DNA of 64,000 nucleotides from Psilocybe cubensis (Eukaryota): NCBI GenBank assembly GCA_017499595.2, contig CM038998.1, positions 558,001 to 622,000 of the forward strand, read 5' to 3'. Shown piece by piece: positions 38,475 to 49,424 of this stretch (position 1 is its first letter; each line of letters starts with the position of its first letter). The notes under the pieces were generated by a model. It saw only the letters and a program-made list of their open reading frames with translations, ran no database searches and was not told where the DNA came from. The position numbers and the translations under genes were made by a program.

Positions 38475-38749
38475 ATGATGAAGATATTTCTTGTTCTCGG
38501 AGTATTTATCATCTCTGCGTTGACGTCTCCTGGTTGGTGTTTCGTCCAATAAACATGATGACGAATTTTAATCAGTCATCACCATTTTGGCGAAATGCAG
38601 TCGGTCAAGCGAACACCATCTTCTTGCGGGAGCTTGAAGTCGATCGAGCTGATACCGCCTTTTTACGCGAAGTGGACTCAGAGAAGATGGATACAGCCTT
38701 TTTACGCGAAGTTGCCTCAGCCAAAGTCGACACCGTGTTCCTTCGCTAA
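38475..38749 (+). CDS. Secreted repeat precursor peptide 2 (68 aa): MMKIFLVLGVFIISALTSP-VGQANTIFLR-ELEVDRADTAFLR-EVDSEKMDTAFLR-EVASAKVDTVFLR
   Basis: Exon 1 38475-38532; intron 38533-38600 (GTTGGT...TGCAG); exon 2 38601-38749; signal peptide and four related cores with 13-aa period, homologous to precursor 1. Confidence 0.85.
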
Positions 38750-39104
38750 ACCGGCTTAGACATATAACTGTGCGTTAGAATTTCGATAATGACTAGCTGT
38801 CACTGATTAGCGCTTAGTGTTGATCAAAGTTTTCTTGGTCAATCTGGTAGTGCCATCGTACAATTTCATCATGACATACTCATGGCGCCCAAATATAAAT
38901 AAATGAAATATAAATGAGTATCATTAAGTCGATGTCTTTGCTTCATGTAGCGCCCCCTGTGGCGGCGTTGCATGTAGGCACCAGATAATGTTGAATACCA
39001 GCAACTGAATAAGAGTTCGAACGCGGTTCGTGGGCTGATATGTGCACCTTGTATTGCCAATGTCGCAGACTAGAGAGGGTGGCCTAGAAAACTTCTCAAT
39101 GGGT

Positions 39105-39263
39105 AAGGCCTTTCAGCTCCGAGGTACAAAGACGAATCAATGAAGGCAAACACGCCACAGGGGCGTAGTAGGTACATAGGTAGTAAAAAGCCAAAGGAGG
39201 GGCCCACCCCTCGGAGGCTATAACATAAAACAAAAAAAAAAAAAAAAAAAAAGGCCTTTCAGC
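39105..39263 (+). mobile_element. Short poly(A)-tailed retroposed insertion (SINE or 5'-truncated LINE end), ~133 bp plus 13-bp TSD
   Basis: aaggcctttcagc at 39105-39117 and 39251-39263 flanks an insert ending in an A-run of about 20 nt. Confidence 0.8.
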
Positions 39264-40067
39264 GCGTAATTCAGCCCCGATTTAAAAATTCATAATAAAA
39301 TAGAGGATGAGCATTTGCTACAATCTTTTTGTCTACGGTGTCTTAAGTCTATCTTTTCATGCCGTCCCTTCTCTATGGCTGCCCAAGTGGGGAAATATTC
39401 CCCGTAAACTTATTTAGGTATTTTTCTTACTGCGTGAATTTGTAAAAAAAAAGTTGGAGCGCGGAAACATTTTTTGAGTGCGCAGATTGTTTTCTAGCTT
39501 AGCCGTAAATATATTTGACTGCGCAGAAACATATTTTGGACATATTTTGCTAGCGCACATAAATTTCTACTGCCCTCAAACATATTTAATGCATAAACAC
39601 TATGCGCGTAGATACATTTTGTGCCGCAAACAAATCTTTCGATGCGCGGAAAACATTGTTCAATTGCACTATTTCTAGCCTAAAGTGACCAGCCGTTATG
39701 CCGAGATCATGTAAAATGATCTAAAATGGCACCTCGGCACACTAAAACGAGTTCAAGCTCCTATAGTTCTACCGCTATTCTATTTATTAGGACAATATAA
39801 CAATTTCTATAGTACTTTCTATGTAATATTAGCCCATTTCCAGTGGCTTTGTGGTGTCCCCATTAGCAGTGCAGCTTGTGCGCCATTTCAGACATCTCTA
39901 GCATTGTGTGAAAACCCCATCAACCGTGGGAAAGGCATCAATCAGTGCATTCTTGAGCGCATCTGTGCATTGGTAGAGTCGGAAATGGGAAAATAGTATT
40001 AAAAAAGCATGGTGAGATATGTATTACATAGAAATCTATGAGAATAAGTCAAAATATCATTCACAAC

Positions 40068-40440
40068 TGTTGGAATAAGCCTTTCATTTCTTTCATTTTC
40101 TTTCCTTTCTTATGCTCAGACTTTCTTCATTGGGCATCGGCTCACTCGAGCCGATGACCCCTGTTTGTTATCCAGACTGAGAAAGTCTCCTTCCTATTCT
40201 ATACAACGCATCACCTTCTTTCAACCATGATCAACTTCTGTAGCTACGAAACTCTCACTTATAGTCGCTCCTTCGTGTTTTGGTACCTCAGCCTTTGTTC
40301 CCATTTGCTGAGGTACATTTCCTGTTGCTCTAGTTGTAGAAAACATCCGACATAGTTGTACAGACTTATTTCGTGTTCAGGTCAATATATCAGCCTTTGT
40401 TCCCATTTGCTGAGACTTATTTCGTGTTCAGATTCCTTCA
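40068..40440 (+). repeat. Copia 5' LTR
   Basis: Matches the 3' LTR except one C/T at 40348/45528 (compared by eye). Confidence 0.95.
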
Positions 40441-40572
40441 GGTTATGGGCCCCGAGAGCGCCTGAATCGGACGAGAACAAACGAAGACTTAGTTACAAGG
40501 CTCACACAGTTTTCAAGAGACAACCTCTTCAGCATTTATTCACAATCCTCGCTCTATAAATATTAAATCAAA

Positions 40573-43500
40573 ATGTCGGCAACGCCAGGGGATGTTCCCA
40601 GCAATGCTCATACCACAATCAATAACATCACGATGAATAACAAGATTACACCGGCAAACGCGAAAGTGGATCATATTCTTAACCTTGAAGGGACTTCAAA
40701 TTTCATAGCGTGGCGAGACGACATGCGCAACATCTTGAAAGACTGCGGCGTATACGGACATATCGAGGGCTCAGCGAGTAGAACCGCAAGGTATCCGATA
40801 TCGCTCAAGCCTACAGAACCTGCGGAGGACGCGTCAGACGATGTCATAGCAGCTTACCGGAAATGGTGGAGCGATGATGATAGCGCGAAAACGTTGATCA
40901 CTAGGAAGGTATCCGCCCTCGTCAAATCCAACTTGAATGCAGGAGAAGACACCACCGCACGCATGGTCTGGAGCCAACTCATGACTCGATACGCGCGCGT
41001 CGACATAAACGCTCAGTTCGCTATCAAAGAAAAACTAGCTTCCATCAAACTCAAGGACTACACAGAAATCGAAAAATATCTTGGGGAATTTCGTACCGGC
41101 AGGGAGCGCCTCAAGGATATGGGCGTCGACTATCCGGAGGGCGATGTCATTCATCATATCATCCGCGGCTTACCTTCTTCAGGAGTTTGGCCAAACTTCA
41201 AACAACTCATGATACAGTTGTATCAAGACACTCTCGACAGAGACAAGACCGCAATAGACGAAGGAAGAGCGCCATCCGCCCCAAATACCGCACTTGAAAG
41301 AATCACTTCGCGACTGACAATTGAATGTCAACGTTTAGAAGCTGAAGCTGGTTCAAAACGCAATCCTCCCGGATCCGAGTATTCGAACTTCTCCAACGAC
41401 AATAGGCCCATAGCGAAACACGCCAACAACCCGAATGGAGTTAGGTGTACAAACTGTAAAAATCGCTCTCACGACAAGGAGCATTGTTGGGCGAAAGGAG
41501 GCGGTATGGAGGGTCAAGGTCCCGCCTATCGGGCAGCGGCAGCGGCTAAGAAAGCGGAGATGGCCTCGCTGGCAGTCGACTCCAGTGCTCTCGACACTGG
41601 GGAAATCTCTTGTGCACTGATTGAAGAATTGGAGCATGCAGGACCCGAAGCGCTAGCCGCATCCGTCAACACACGATCCTTCCTGTCGACCTCTATCCTG
41701 CTCGACTCAGGAGCCACATCTCATATCATAAAGTCTCGATCATCCTTTCACACTTACTCGGAAGGGGAAGCCAGAAATGTCACGACCGCTAATCTCGGAA
41801 CTCTTCGTACTCAAGGTGGCGGGACTTGCATACTCAACGTCACTTACCAGGGAAGATCAATAAAAGTCAAACTCAATAACTGTTTACATGCCCCGAGTGC
41901 AGCTGTCAATCTTCTCTCCGTTAGCAGACTTTTTATTGCAGGAATCGGTTGTAACTTTGATCCGGGACGAGGTATACATCTTTCCAAACAGGGTGTTACA
42001 TTTGCTTCCGCCTCCTTAATCCATGGCCTATTCGCAATGGACAAAACTGTTTTTGTGCCCAACACCAACGAAACCTCTCCTGAACGTGTAATGTTTGTCA
42101 AAGTTCCCGAAACGTTGCAACTTTATCACCTCCGTCTGGGACATCCGGGCGAACAGGCTACGCGAATGTTGGTCAAAAGGGTACTGAAAACGGAGGCAAA
42201 AGATGATAACGTCAAATGCGAAGCTTGTATTATTGCCAAGCACGCCGCAACCCCTCATCCGCCAAGTTCGCTTGGCCAGCGCGCCTATCAGCCTCTCGAA
42301 CTTATTGTCGCCGACACCTGCGGGCCATTTCCTGTACAAACTCCTCATCATAAGGAATATTTTGTCGCCTTTCGATGCTCAGGGATGAAGGTCAACAATA
42401 TCCAACTCACCGCTGATAAGAGTGCCGATACGATGTTAGAAGCCTTCAAAATCGTCAAGGCTCGCTGGGAAACACGTACTGGCTTCAAGATCAAGCGATT
42501 CCGCTGCGATGGAGGATCGGAATGGAAAGGTGCCTTCTCCGCCTACTTGCTCGAAGTTGGAATCGAGCAAGAGGTGACGCCTGCCCGTGAACATTGGATG
42601 AATGGGGAGATTGAACGGTTCATGCGAACTATTCAGGGCCGAATGCTCGCTATGATGACTACCGTTCAGCTTCCTATGACCTACTGGGGTGAGGCTGCCC
42701 TCACTGCATCTTATCTGCTTAACATCACGACCACCGACGAAGATGGCATTACGCCGTTCGAGAACATGTATCATCGTCCACCCAATCTTTCCCATCTTTG
42801 CGTATGGGGCTGCCGAGCATTTGTGCACGTCCCGGAAGAGTAGCAATCAAAGCTCGGCGCCAAATCTGTGCAATGCAGATTCATGGGATACCCGCCCGGT
42901 GGCAAAGGTTATCGTTTTCGACACCTTGAATCCGGGCACTTTTTTGACTCCTCGAATGCTATGTTTGACGAAAATACACCTTCTCTTGTTTCTGGTAATT
43001 ACCATACTCTTCCAATAGATTACTCTTCTCTGCCTTTTCTGCCCGATGTTTTTTCCTCGTCTTTGCCTGCTCCCACTTCTTCTGTTCCTTCTTCTTCCCT
43101 TCAAAGCGTCCCTAATGTTGTAGTTACGCCATCCGATTTAGATTCACCCCAACTTCTTGAACCTTCTGTTTCTTCTTCTTCTTCTGCACCCTCCGTAGAT
43201 ATTCAAGTTGTTCCCTCCACCCCTTCTCCTACAGAACCACCTCCTGCTCCACACACTCCTGTTGCCCATCGCATCCTGCCTCCCCCACGCTCTTCTTCTC
43301 GTGAACGTCATCCGTCGTCGAGAGGTGTCCTGTACAACCAACTCCGTGAAGCCGAGAAAGCGAAAAGTGAGAGCATCATTGCCTCACGCAGAGCGACAAG
43401 TGCCGAACGATCGTCAACCATACAGCATTCCAATGAGCAAGGGGGTGACGATGAAAATCCATTCATCTCCTTATGCTCTGTCGGAATGCTAGAATCCTCC

Positions 43501-45240
43501 TCCTCTTCCCAAAACGACGACACATCTCTAATCTCCCTAGATGTCGAAGATTACCTTTCACGAGACAAGGAGGCATTTTTTGAGGCCACTTTGCTCTCAG
43601 TCAGAAGCGATCACAAAAGGAATCCCTTGTCCCCCAATTACGACCTCAAAATACCACCCGCAAACTACCTTGAAGCCATGCAGCGTCCCGACGCCGATCA
43701 ATGGCGAAAGGTCATCGAAAAAGAACTTCATATGCTCAAGACGATGAGCGTGTACATGGACGAAGAATTCCAAGATGGCATGCATACCATAGGATGTCGA
43801 TGGGTCTTCGAATTCAAGATTGACGATCAGGGAGAGCTCGTTTACAAGGCCAGGCTTGTTGCGCAAGGATTTTCTCAAAAATATCTTATCGACTATCATG
43901 AGACCTTCGCACCTGTGTCTAAATCTGTCAGCATCCGAGCAATCGTTGTACATGCAGTTCTAAAAGGGTGGCACATCGAATGCTTCGATGCCACAAGGGC
44001 TTTTCTGTGGGGAGATTTAACAGAGGTCATTCATATGAAATGCCCTCCTGGTTACTCGTCGCCTTTCACAAAGGGCATCTGGAGATTGAAGAAATCGCTC
44101 TACGGGCTGAAACAGGCGAGCAACGTGTGGTATATCCTCATCCGTTCCACCCTTCAGGACATTGGTTTCAAGCGCTCCGAGAAAGATCATGCAACTTTCA
44201 TATTTGAAGGTGTGTGGAACGGCGAAAATGTCCAATGTTGGCTCTGCATTCACGTAGACGACGGACTTGGAGCATCAAACTCGAAGTCATTCCTCGACCA
44301 CACAAAATCAGCAGTCAATCAAAGATTCGGCATCAAGGACTTAGGGCCCTTACGCTCATACTTGGGAGTGCAGTACGAGAGAAACCTAAACACTCGGGAA
44401 CTGTGGATCCACCAAAAAACATACATTGAAAATGTTCTCGACGAATACGGTCTCAAAGACTGCTGCCCCGTCGCTACTCCACTCGATGCCAACCATATCT
44501 TCGGACGCGACACGGACACTTTTCCAGACATACCTGAGCTCAAGGCCACCTTTCAGCGACTGATAGGATCTCTCCTTTTCATACAGAGGCACTCCAGACC
44601 CGACATCTCAATAGCTGTCCTTTTGCTGTCGCAACACGCCTCAAATCCTCAACCTCGTCACTTCGCCACGGCCAAGCGTGTTCTCAGATACCTTAGTGGA
44701 ACGAGAGACTATCGCCTACATTATGGTGGTGAGGCCGCGTCACAACGCTTACAAGGCTACTCGGACGCCGACTGGGCTGGCAATAGGGAGTCTCGCGCCT
44801 CTGTTTCTGGATTCGTATGGATGGTTGCCGGAGGTCCTCTGAGCTGGTCCTCCAAAACACAGACGTGCATATCTACCAGTTCAACCGAGTCGGAATACAT
44901 CGCGTTAACGCGGACTGTACAGGAGGGTTTGTGGTTAGGTTCATCATTGTCATACTTACACATTTCCTGCCCAAATCCGCTCGTCGTCGCCACAGACAAC
45001 GAAGGTGCAAAGTCCCTGTGCGAGAACGACTCCTCCCACTCCAAAGCCAAACATATTGATATCCGCTATCACTTCATCAGATCTCACATAGAAGCGAAAA
45101 CATTTCACATTTTACACATTCCTGGCAAAGAAAACCCCGCCGACATCCTCACGAAACCTCTTCAGCGTGTCAAATTTTTAGAGGGTGTCACCCGCTTAGG
45201 TCTGGTCACTCCCAAGAAAGTCCATCAGGCGATGCGTTGA
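40573..45240 (+). CDS. Copia gag-pol polyprotein interrupted by one in-frame TAG at 42841-42843
   Basis: Zn knuckle CTNCKNRSHDKEHC; protease LLDSGATSH; integrase HLRLGH..CEAC and D..D..E core; RT YKARLVAQG, SLYGLKQA, HVDD; RNase H YSDADWA, KHIDIRYH; the two ORFs share one frame. Confidence 0.93.
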
Positions 45241-45247
45241 GGGGGTG

Positions 45248-45620
45248 TGTTGGAATAAGCCTTTCATTTCTTTCATTTTCTTTCCTTTCTTATGCTCAGA
45301 CTTTCTTCATTGGGCATCGGCTCACTCGAGCCGATGACCCCTGTTTGTTATCCAGACTGAGAAAGTCTCCTTCCTATTCTATACAACGCATCACCTTCTT
45401 TCAACCATGATCAACTTCTGTAGCTACGAAACTCTCACTTATAGTCGCTCCTTCGTGTTTTGGTACCTCAGCCTTTGTTCCCATTTGCTGAGGTACATTT
45501 CCTGTTGCTCTAGTTGTAGAAAACATCTGACATAGTTGTACAGACTTATTTCGTGTTCAGGTCAATATATCAGCCTTTGTTCCCATTTGCTGAGACTTAT
45601 TTCGTGTTCAGATTCCTTCA
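45248..45620 (+). repeat. Copia 3' LTR
   Basis: 373-bp direct repeat of 40068-40440. Confidence 0.95.
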
Positions 45621-46853
45621 ACAACTACTGTTCACAAAAGCAAAATATCAGCAACGGCCGTCACAATTGCGCATCAGTGGCTGTGCAAGAAAGCGACACT
45701 TCACGTTCAAGGCGATTTCAAGGCAATTATCTCACATTCTTTGATTAAAGCAACATTAATACATTTCAAAAGAGTGTATATTATATATAGTAATCAATTT
45801 GTAATTAAATGAATGTGGGTTAGCATTGCATTACAGAATCCTCGATATTTTCTTCAAAAATCCAAAAGGTGGAGCTTGAATTCGTTTCACTGTGCCGAGG
45901 TGCCATTTTAGATCATTTTACATAATCTCGGCATAACGGCTGGTCACTTTAGGCTAGAAATAGTATATGTTTGAGGGCAGTAGAAATTTATGTGCGCTAG
46001 CAAAATATGTCCAAAATATGTTTCTGCGCAGTCAAATATATTTACGGCTAAGCTAGAAAACAATCTGCGCACTCAAAAAATGTTTCCGCGCTCCAACTTT
46101 TTTTTACAAATTCACGCAGTAAGAAAAATACCTAAATAAGTTTACGGGGAATATTTCCCCACTTGGGCAGCCATACTTCTCGATAGCTTCTTGCGGACAT
46201 GTGTAAATGATTAGGGTAGCGTGAACTTCCTTCTGTAGACATGAGGACATTGCTGCGAGCGTCTACATATCGTTTTAGTCACATATAAGTTTCATGAAGA
46301 AGTATGCAACGCTTTCTCGTTCTTAGCCCTCAGACGGACATGTTTTGCTGAGTTGCCAGCTTTGGCGGAACTAACAATGCTCCGTTGAATTCGAACCTAA
46401 AATACTGATACACGTCGAGGCAATTTCTTAATAAGATTTTTATTTTATTTTTATTTGTTGATATGGGGTGAGACGAGGAGCTTGACAGTGATTTAATTGA
46501 AACACGGAAAAAAGGAAGGGTCCACTATTCCGGACTGGGGAATGCAATTTAAATTAAATTGTAACCCTTTTCAGGCTCATTGGAAGGCTGTCTGCGCCTC
46601 CAAACTTACACTCATTGGGTTTCATTGATCAACCCTCGCCACCGGTCACCAAGGTGAGCCATAAGTTATTCCTTACAAATTTCCGATAAAGGTCAAAGCC
46701 GATATGATAATTATATTAGTGCCCAGGGATCACAGATCAGCAGAGTAAAGAAGAATATAGCTACGGTGCCACAGAATATTTTAAGAGGACTACCTAGTTC
46801 CCATTACCGACAAGTCCACCAAACGTGCAATTGTTCTTCTACGATGAAAGCGT

Positions 46854-48084
46854 TTACGACGATAGACTTTTGGTGCTACCGTTCCATTTTTCTGTGGCGG
46901 TGTCCCCCAAGGTGGTACCTCCGTGGCTGTAATGAACGCTTTGTTGCATTTCAATTCCACTGGAATGGGCATTAGGTCGCACGATAAATTCAACATTACT
47001 TTGTGCTTGAGTGATGATTTCTCGTCCCCAAGCCTTGCCGGTCACTACTCGTAGGACAATTAGCTGGGGAGAGATACACTAGGATGATATCTTATTAGAT
47101 AGGGTCGCCAGCAAGGATAGAATGTGAGCTTACTGCCAGCTTAGCCCAGACTTGTCCGAAAGAGATGGCAGTTCCGTTTCCGAGCGCGTACGGAATCAAA
47201 AACATGATCCCGAACAAGCTGTATGGGGCCGCAGACTCGACGAGCATCGAGGCGATGCTGGTGTACATTCTAGCACTATCTCTTCCAAGTGCCCGTGATA
47301 CGGCCTTTCCGAGTTTGTGGAGGCGGAGGACAACACAGAGAGTAACAAAAATGTTGAAAGCAATCGTAATAGTATAGTATGGAGTTCCGAAGTTGATCGA
47401 TTTGCCATGGAAGAAATTTCCCCCAGGTTTTCCGGCAATGACCAATTCAATAATAGCCAATGCTGAGGGCATAGTTAGAGGTTATTATCACGAGCTGATT
47501 AGAAAATGACTAACAAAACGCCGCAAGGTAAGTCAGGATCGGTAATGCAATGACAAGGTAGCTCTGGCCATAAATCACGTAGAGTCGGTAGAGCTAAACC
47601 AGTCCAAATTAGAGTGAGGCAAAATTCCGACGAACGAATCATACCAGGAGAGCATCACCCATGAAAATCATGGCAACAACAGACGTTGATCCAAGGGTCT
47701 GATACCAGACGGAGGTCTGAGTGGCAATGAACCCAGGTACACCTCCAGGACCGTCTCGGAATGTAATCCACATCTGCTCGCCCCATACTGCGTTGACTGA
47801 GATGTCAATCGTCAAGAGAAGCAACAAAAGGGTGCTATAGATGGCAAAGAATCTTCTGCTTTTGGCGGAGTTGTGATTTCCCTTGCGGAATAGACCCTGC
47901 AGTGTCAGGAAATACATGACCAGTTCCACCCCTAGAAAGGGTCGCAAGAGACGAACGGCATCAGTATGGCGGCCCGATTAAAGTAGGGTAAATGATGCCA
48001 TTGTCGGCACGTACCGTAAAGGATACCACTCATGTAGTTCCCGATGTAGAACGAGTGTTCAAACGTAGTCAACGCAGACGACAT
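46854..48084 (-). CDS. Agaricomycete 7-TM (GPCR-like) membrane protein, diverged paralog C
   Basis: MSSALTTFEHSFYIGNYMSGILYG...NAVWGEQMWIT...MGDALL-LYRL...VESAAPYSL...LIVLRVVTGKAWG; same intron positions as copies A and B. Confidence 0.82.
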
Positions 48085-48719
48085 TGGTGGCAGAACAGAC
48101 GTTAGGAGTTGGAAAGGAGAGCGAACGTACAGCTTCTGTGAGTTTGTTTCTTTGCGAATCCAAGCACGTTTATGTATTCCTTGGTCGTGGTATCGTTGCG
48201 TGGATTTTACGAGGGCGAGCAAAACCGCAGACACATGGAAACACGTCTAGTTCTGACTGATATGAGATATTGATAGTTCATGTGCGCTGCGTGAGAGGAA
48301 GTTCCAGGAACGGGTCATGTCTGTGCGGACATCAAATGTAAGAATAACTTGGAGAATAATTCGATCGGGCGGTTGCTTCAAGAACATGGGAGAATAGAAC
48401 TAACGCCTATAACTTACGAACAGAGTGTGAGCTATTAGTCCAGTGGTCGAGAAAAAGTGTTCCATTCAGTCGACTCAGTGATAACGTCGGAAACATCATG
48501 TTTTTCACGAGTATTTTTGCTCTGCCTTCTGCGAACCTATGCGGGGGTTGCGGGTTGTCAGTGGTTGCCATTTTCGGATCGAAATGCATACAAATCATTC
48601 AGCCACAGTAAGGCCACAACGAACGCCACAAGAAATTCTACTCGTCTTCTCTTGACCCAACTGGCAACGATTGCACACCTGCAAAGCCACGACGAGGGAG
48701 GCACCCATTCTCATCTCTA

Positions 48720-49424
48720 ATGCGTTCGTTTCCAACGCCAATGCGCCATCCTTCACTTTCGATAACGAATCTCAGCCTCATATTCGTCTGTTTGAGTTTG
48801 GCGCTCAAAGTAGCTGGGACGTGGTGGATCAAAAGGCAGCTTGCTGAATTGACACGGGAACACAGTAAGTGAGATATTCTCAGTCCTTGTATAATGTGAT
48901 CAACTGTTCGTGTATTAACAACGATGAACGCTCGTTCCCGGTGCTTCTCAGGTTATATCGGGAACGATTATCCAGAGGTATGGCCCATCGAACGCAAACC
49001 GGTCTTGATGACCTTCGACAACCCCAAGCACTTCCGGCTGGACAAGGAGGATGGCATCGCCGAGTGGGCGGCTATCTCACCGCAGAACGGCGTAGTGCAC
49101 CTCGGTCCACACCGCCAGCCATACACCGTCGCAATGCTGCACCAGCTGAAGTGTCTCGATGTCTTGCGTGGAGAAATGGTCCGTGATCGAAGTGAGAGTT
49201 ACGCTGGTCCGTCGGTCCTAGTGAGGCATTGCCTAAACTATATCCGGCAAATCGTGATGTGCCGTGGCGATTTCGAACTCGAATCTTTTCAATTCGCCTC
49301 TCATAAAAATCCCATCGATTGGCATGGCATATATGAATGCAGAGATTGGGAGGCGGTATACAATAATGTTAAGCAGAATCAGGAGGAGTACGATGCATGG
49401 GTAAAAATGGGCAAAAAACATTAG
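48720..49424 (+). CDS. DUF3328 / UstYa-family protein #2 (2 exons; intron 48865-48951), with degenerate motifs
   Basis: N-terminal TM; SYIGNDYP; MLHQLKCL and VRHCLNYIRQIVMCRGD; YECRDWEAVY; same intron position as DUF3328 #1. Confidence 0.88.

Larger units (their letters stand above)
40068..45620 (+). mobile_element. Full-length Ty1/Copia LTR retrotransposon
   Basis: 373-bp TG...CA LTRs; 5-bp TSD acaac (40063-40067, 45621-45625); PBS GGTTATGGGCCC at 40441; PPT gagggggtg; domain order gag-PR-IN-RT-RH. Confidence 0.97.
39374..46175. mobile_element. Non-autonomous TIR DNA transposon (IS3EU-like termini TATGG...CCATA, 6-bp TSD), ~1.25 kb once the nested Copia is removed
   Basis: Long TIRs 39374-39761 and 45871-46175 (left arm has ~82 extra bp); TSD cttctc at 39368-39373 and 46176-46181; no transposase ORF seen. 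Confidence 0.85.

Noticed and set aside
36616-38749. Precursors as mating pheromones, MSDIN or borosin precursors
   Set aside because: No CAAX terminus, no MSDIN leader or Pro-flanked core, no fused methyltransferase; both have ER signal peptides
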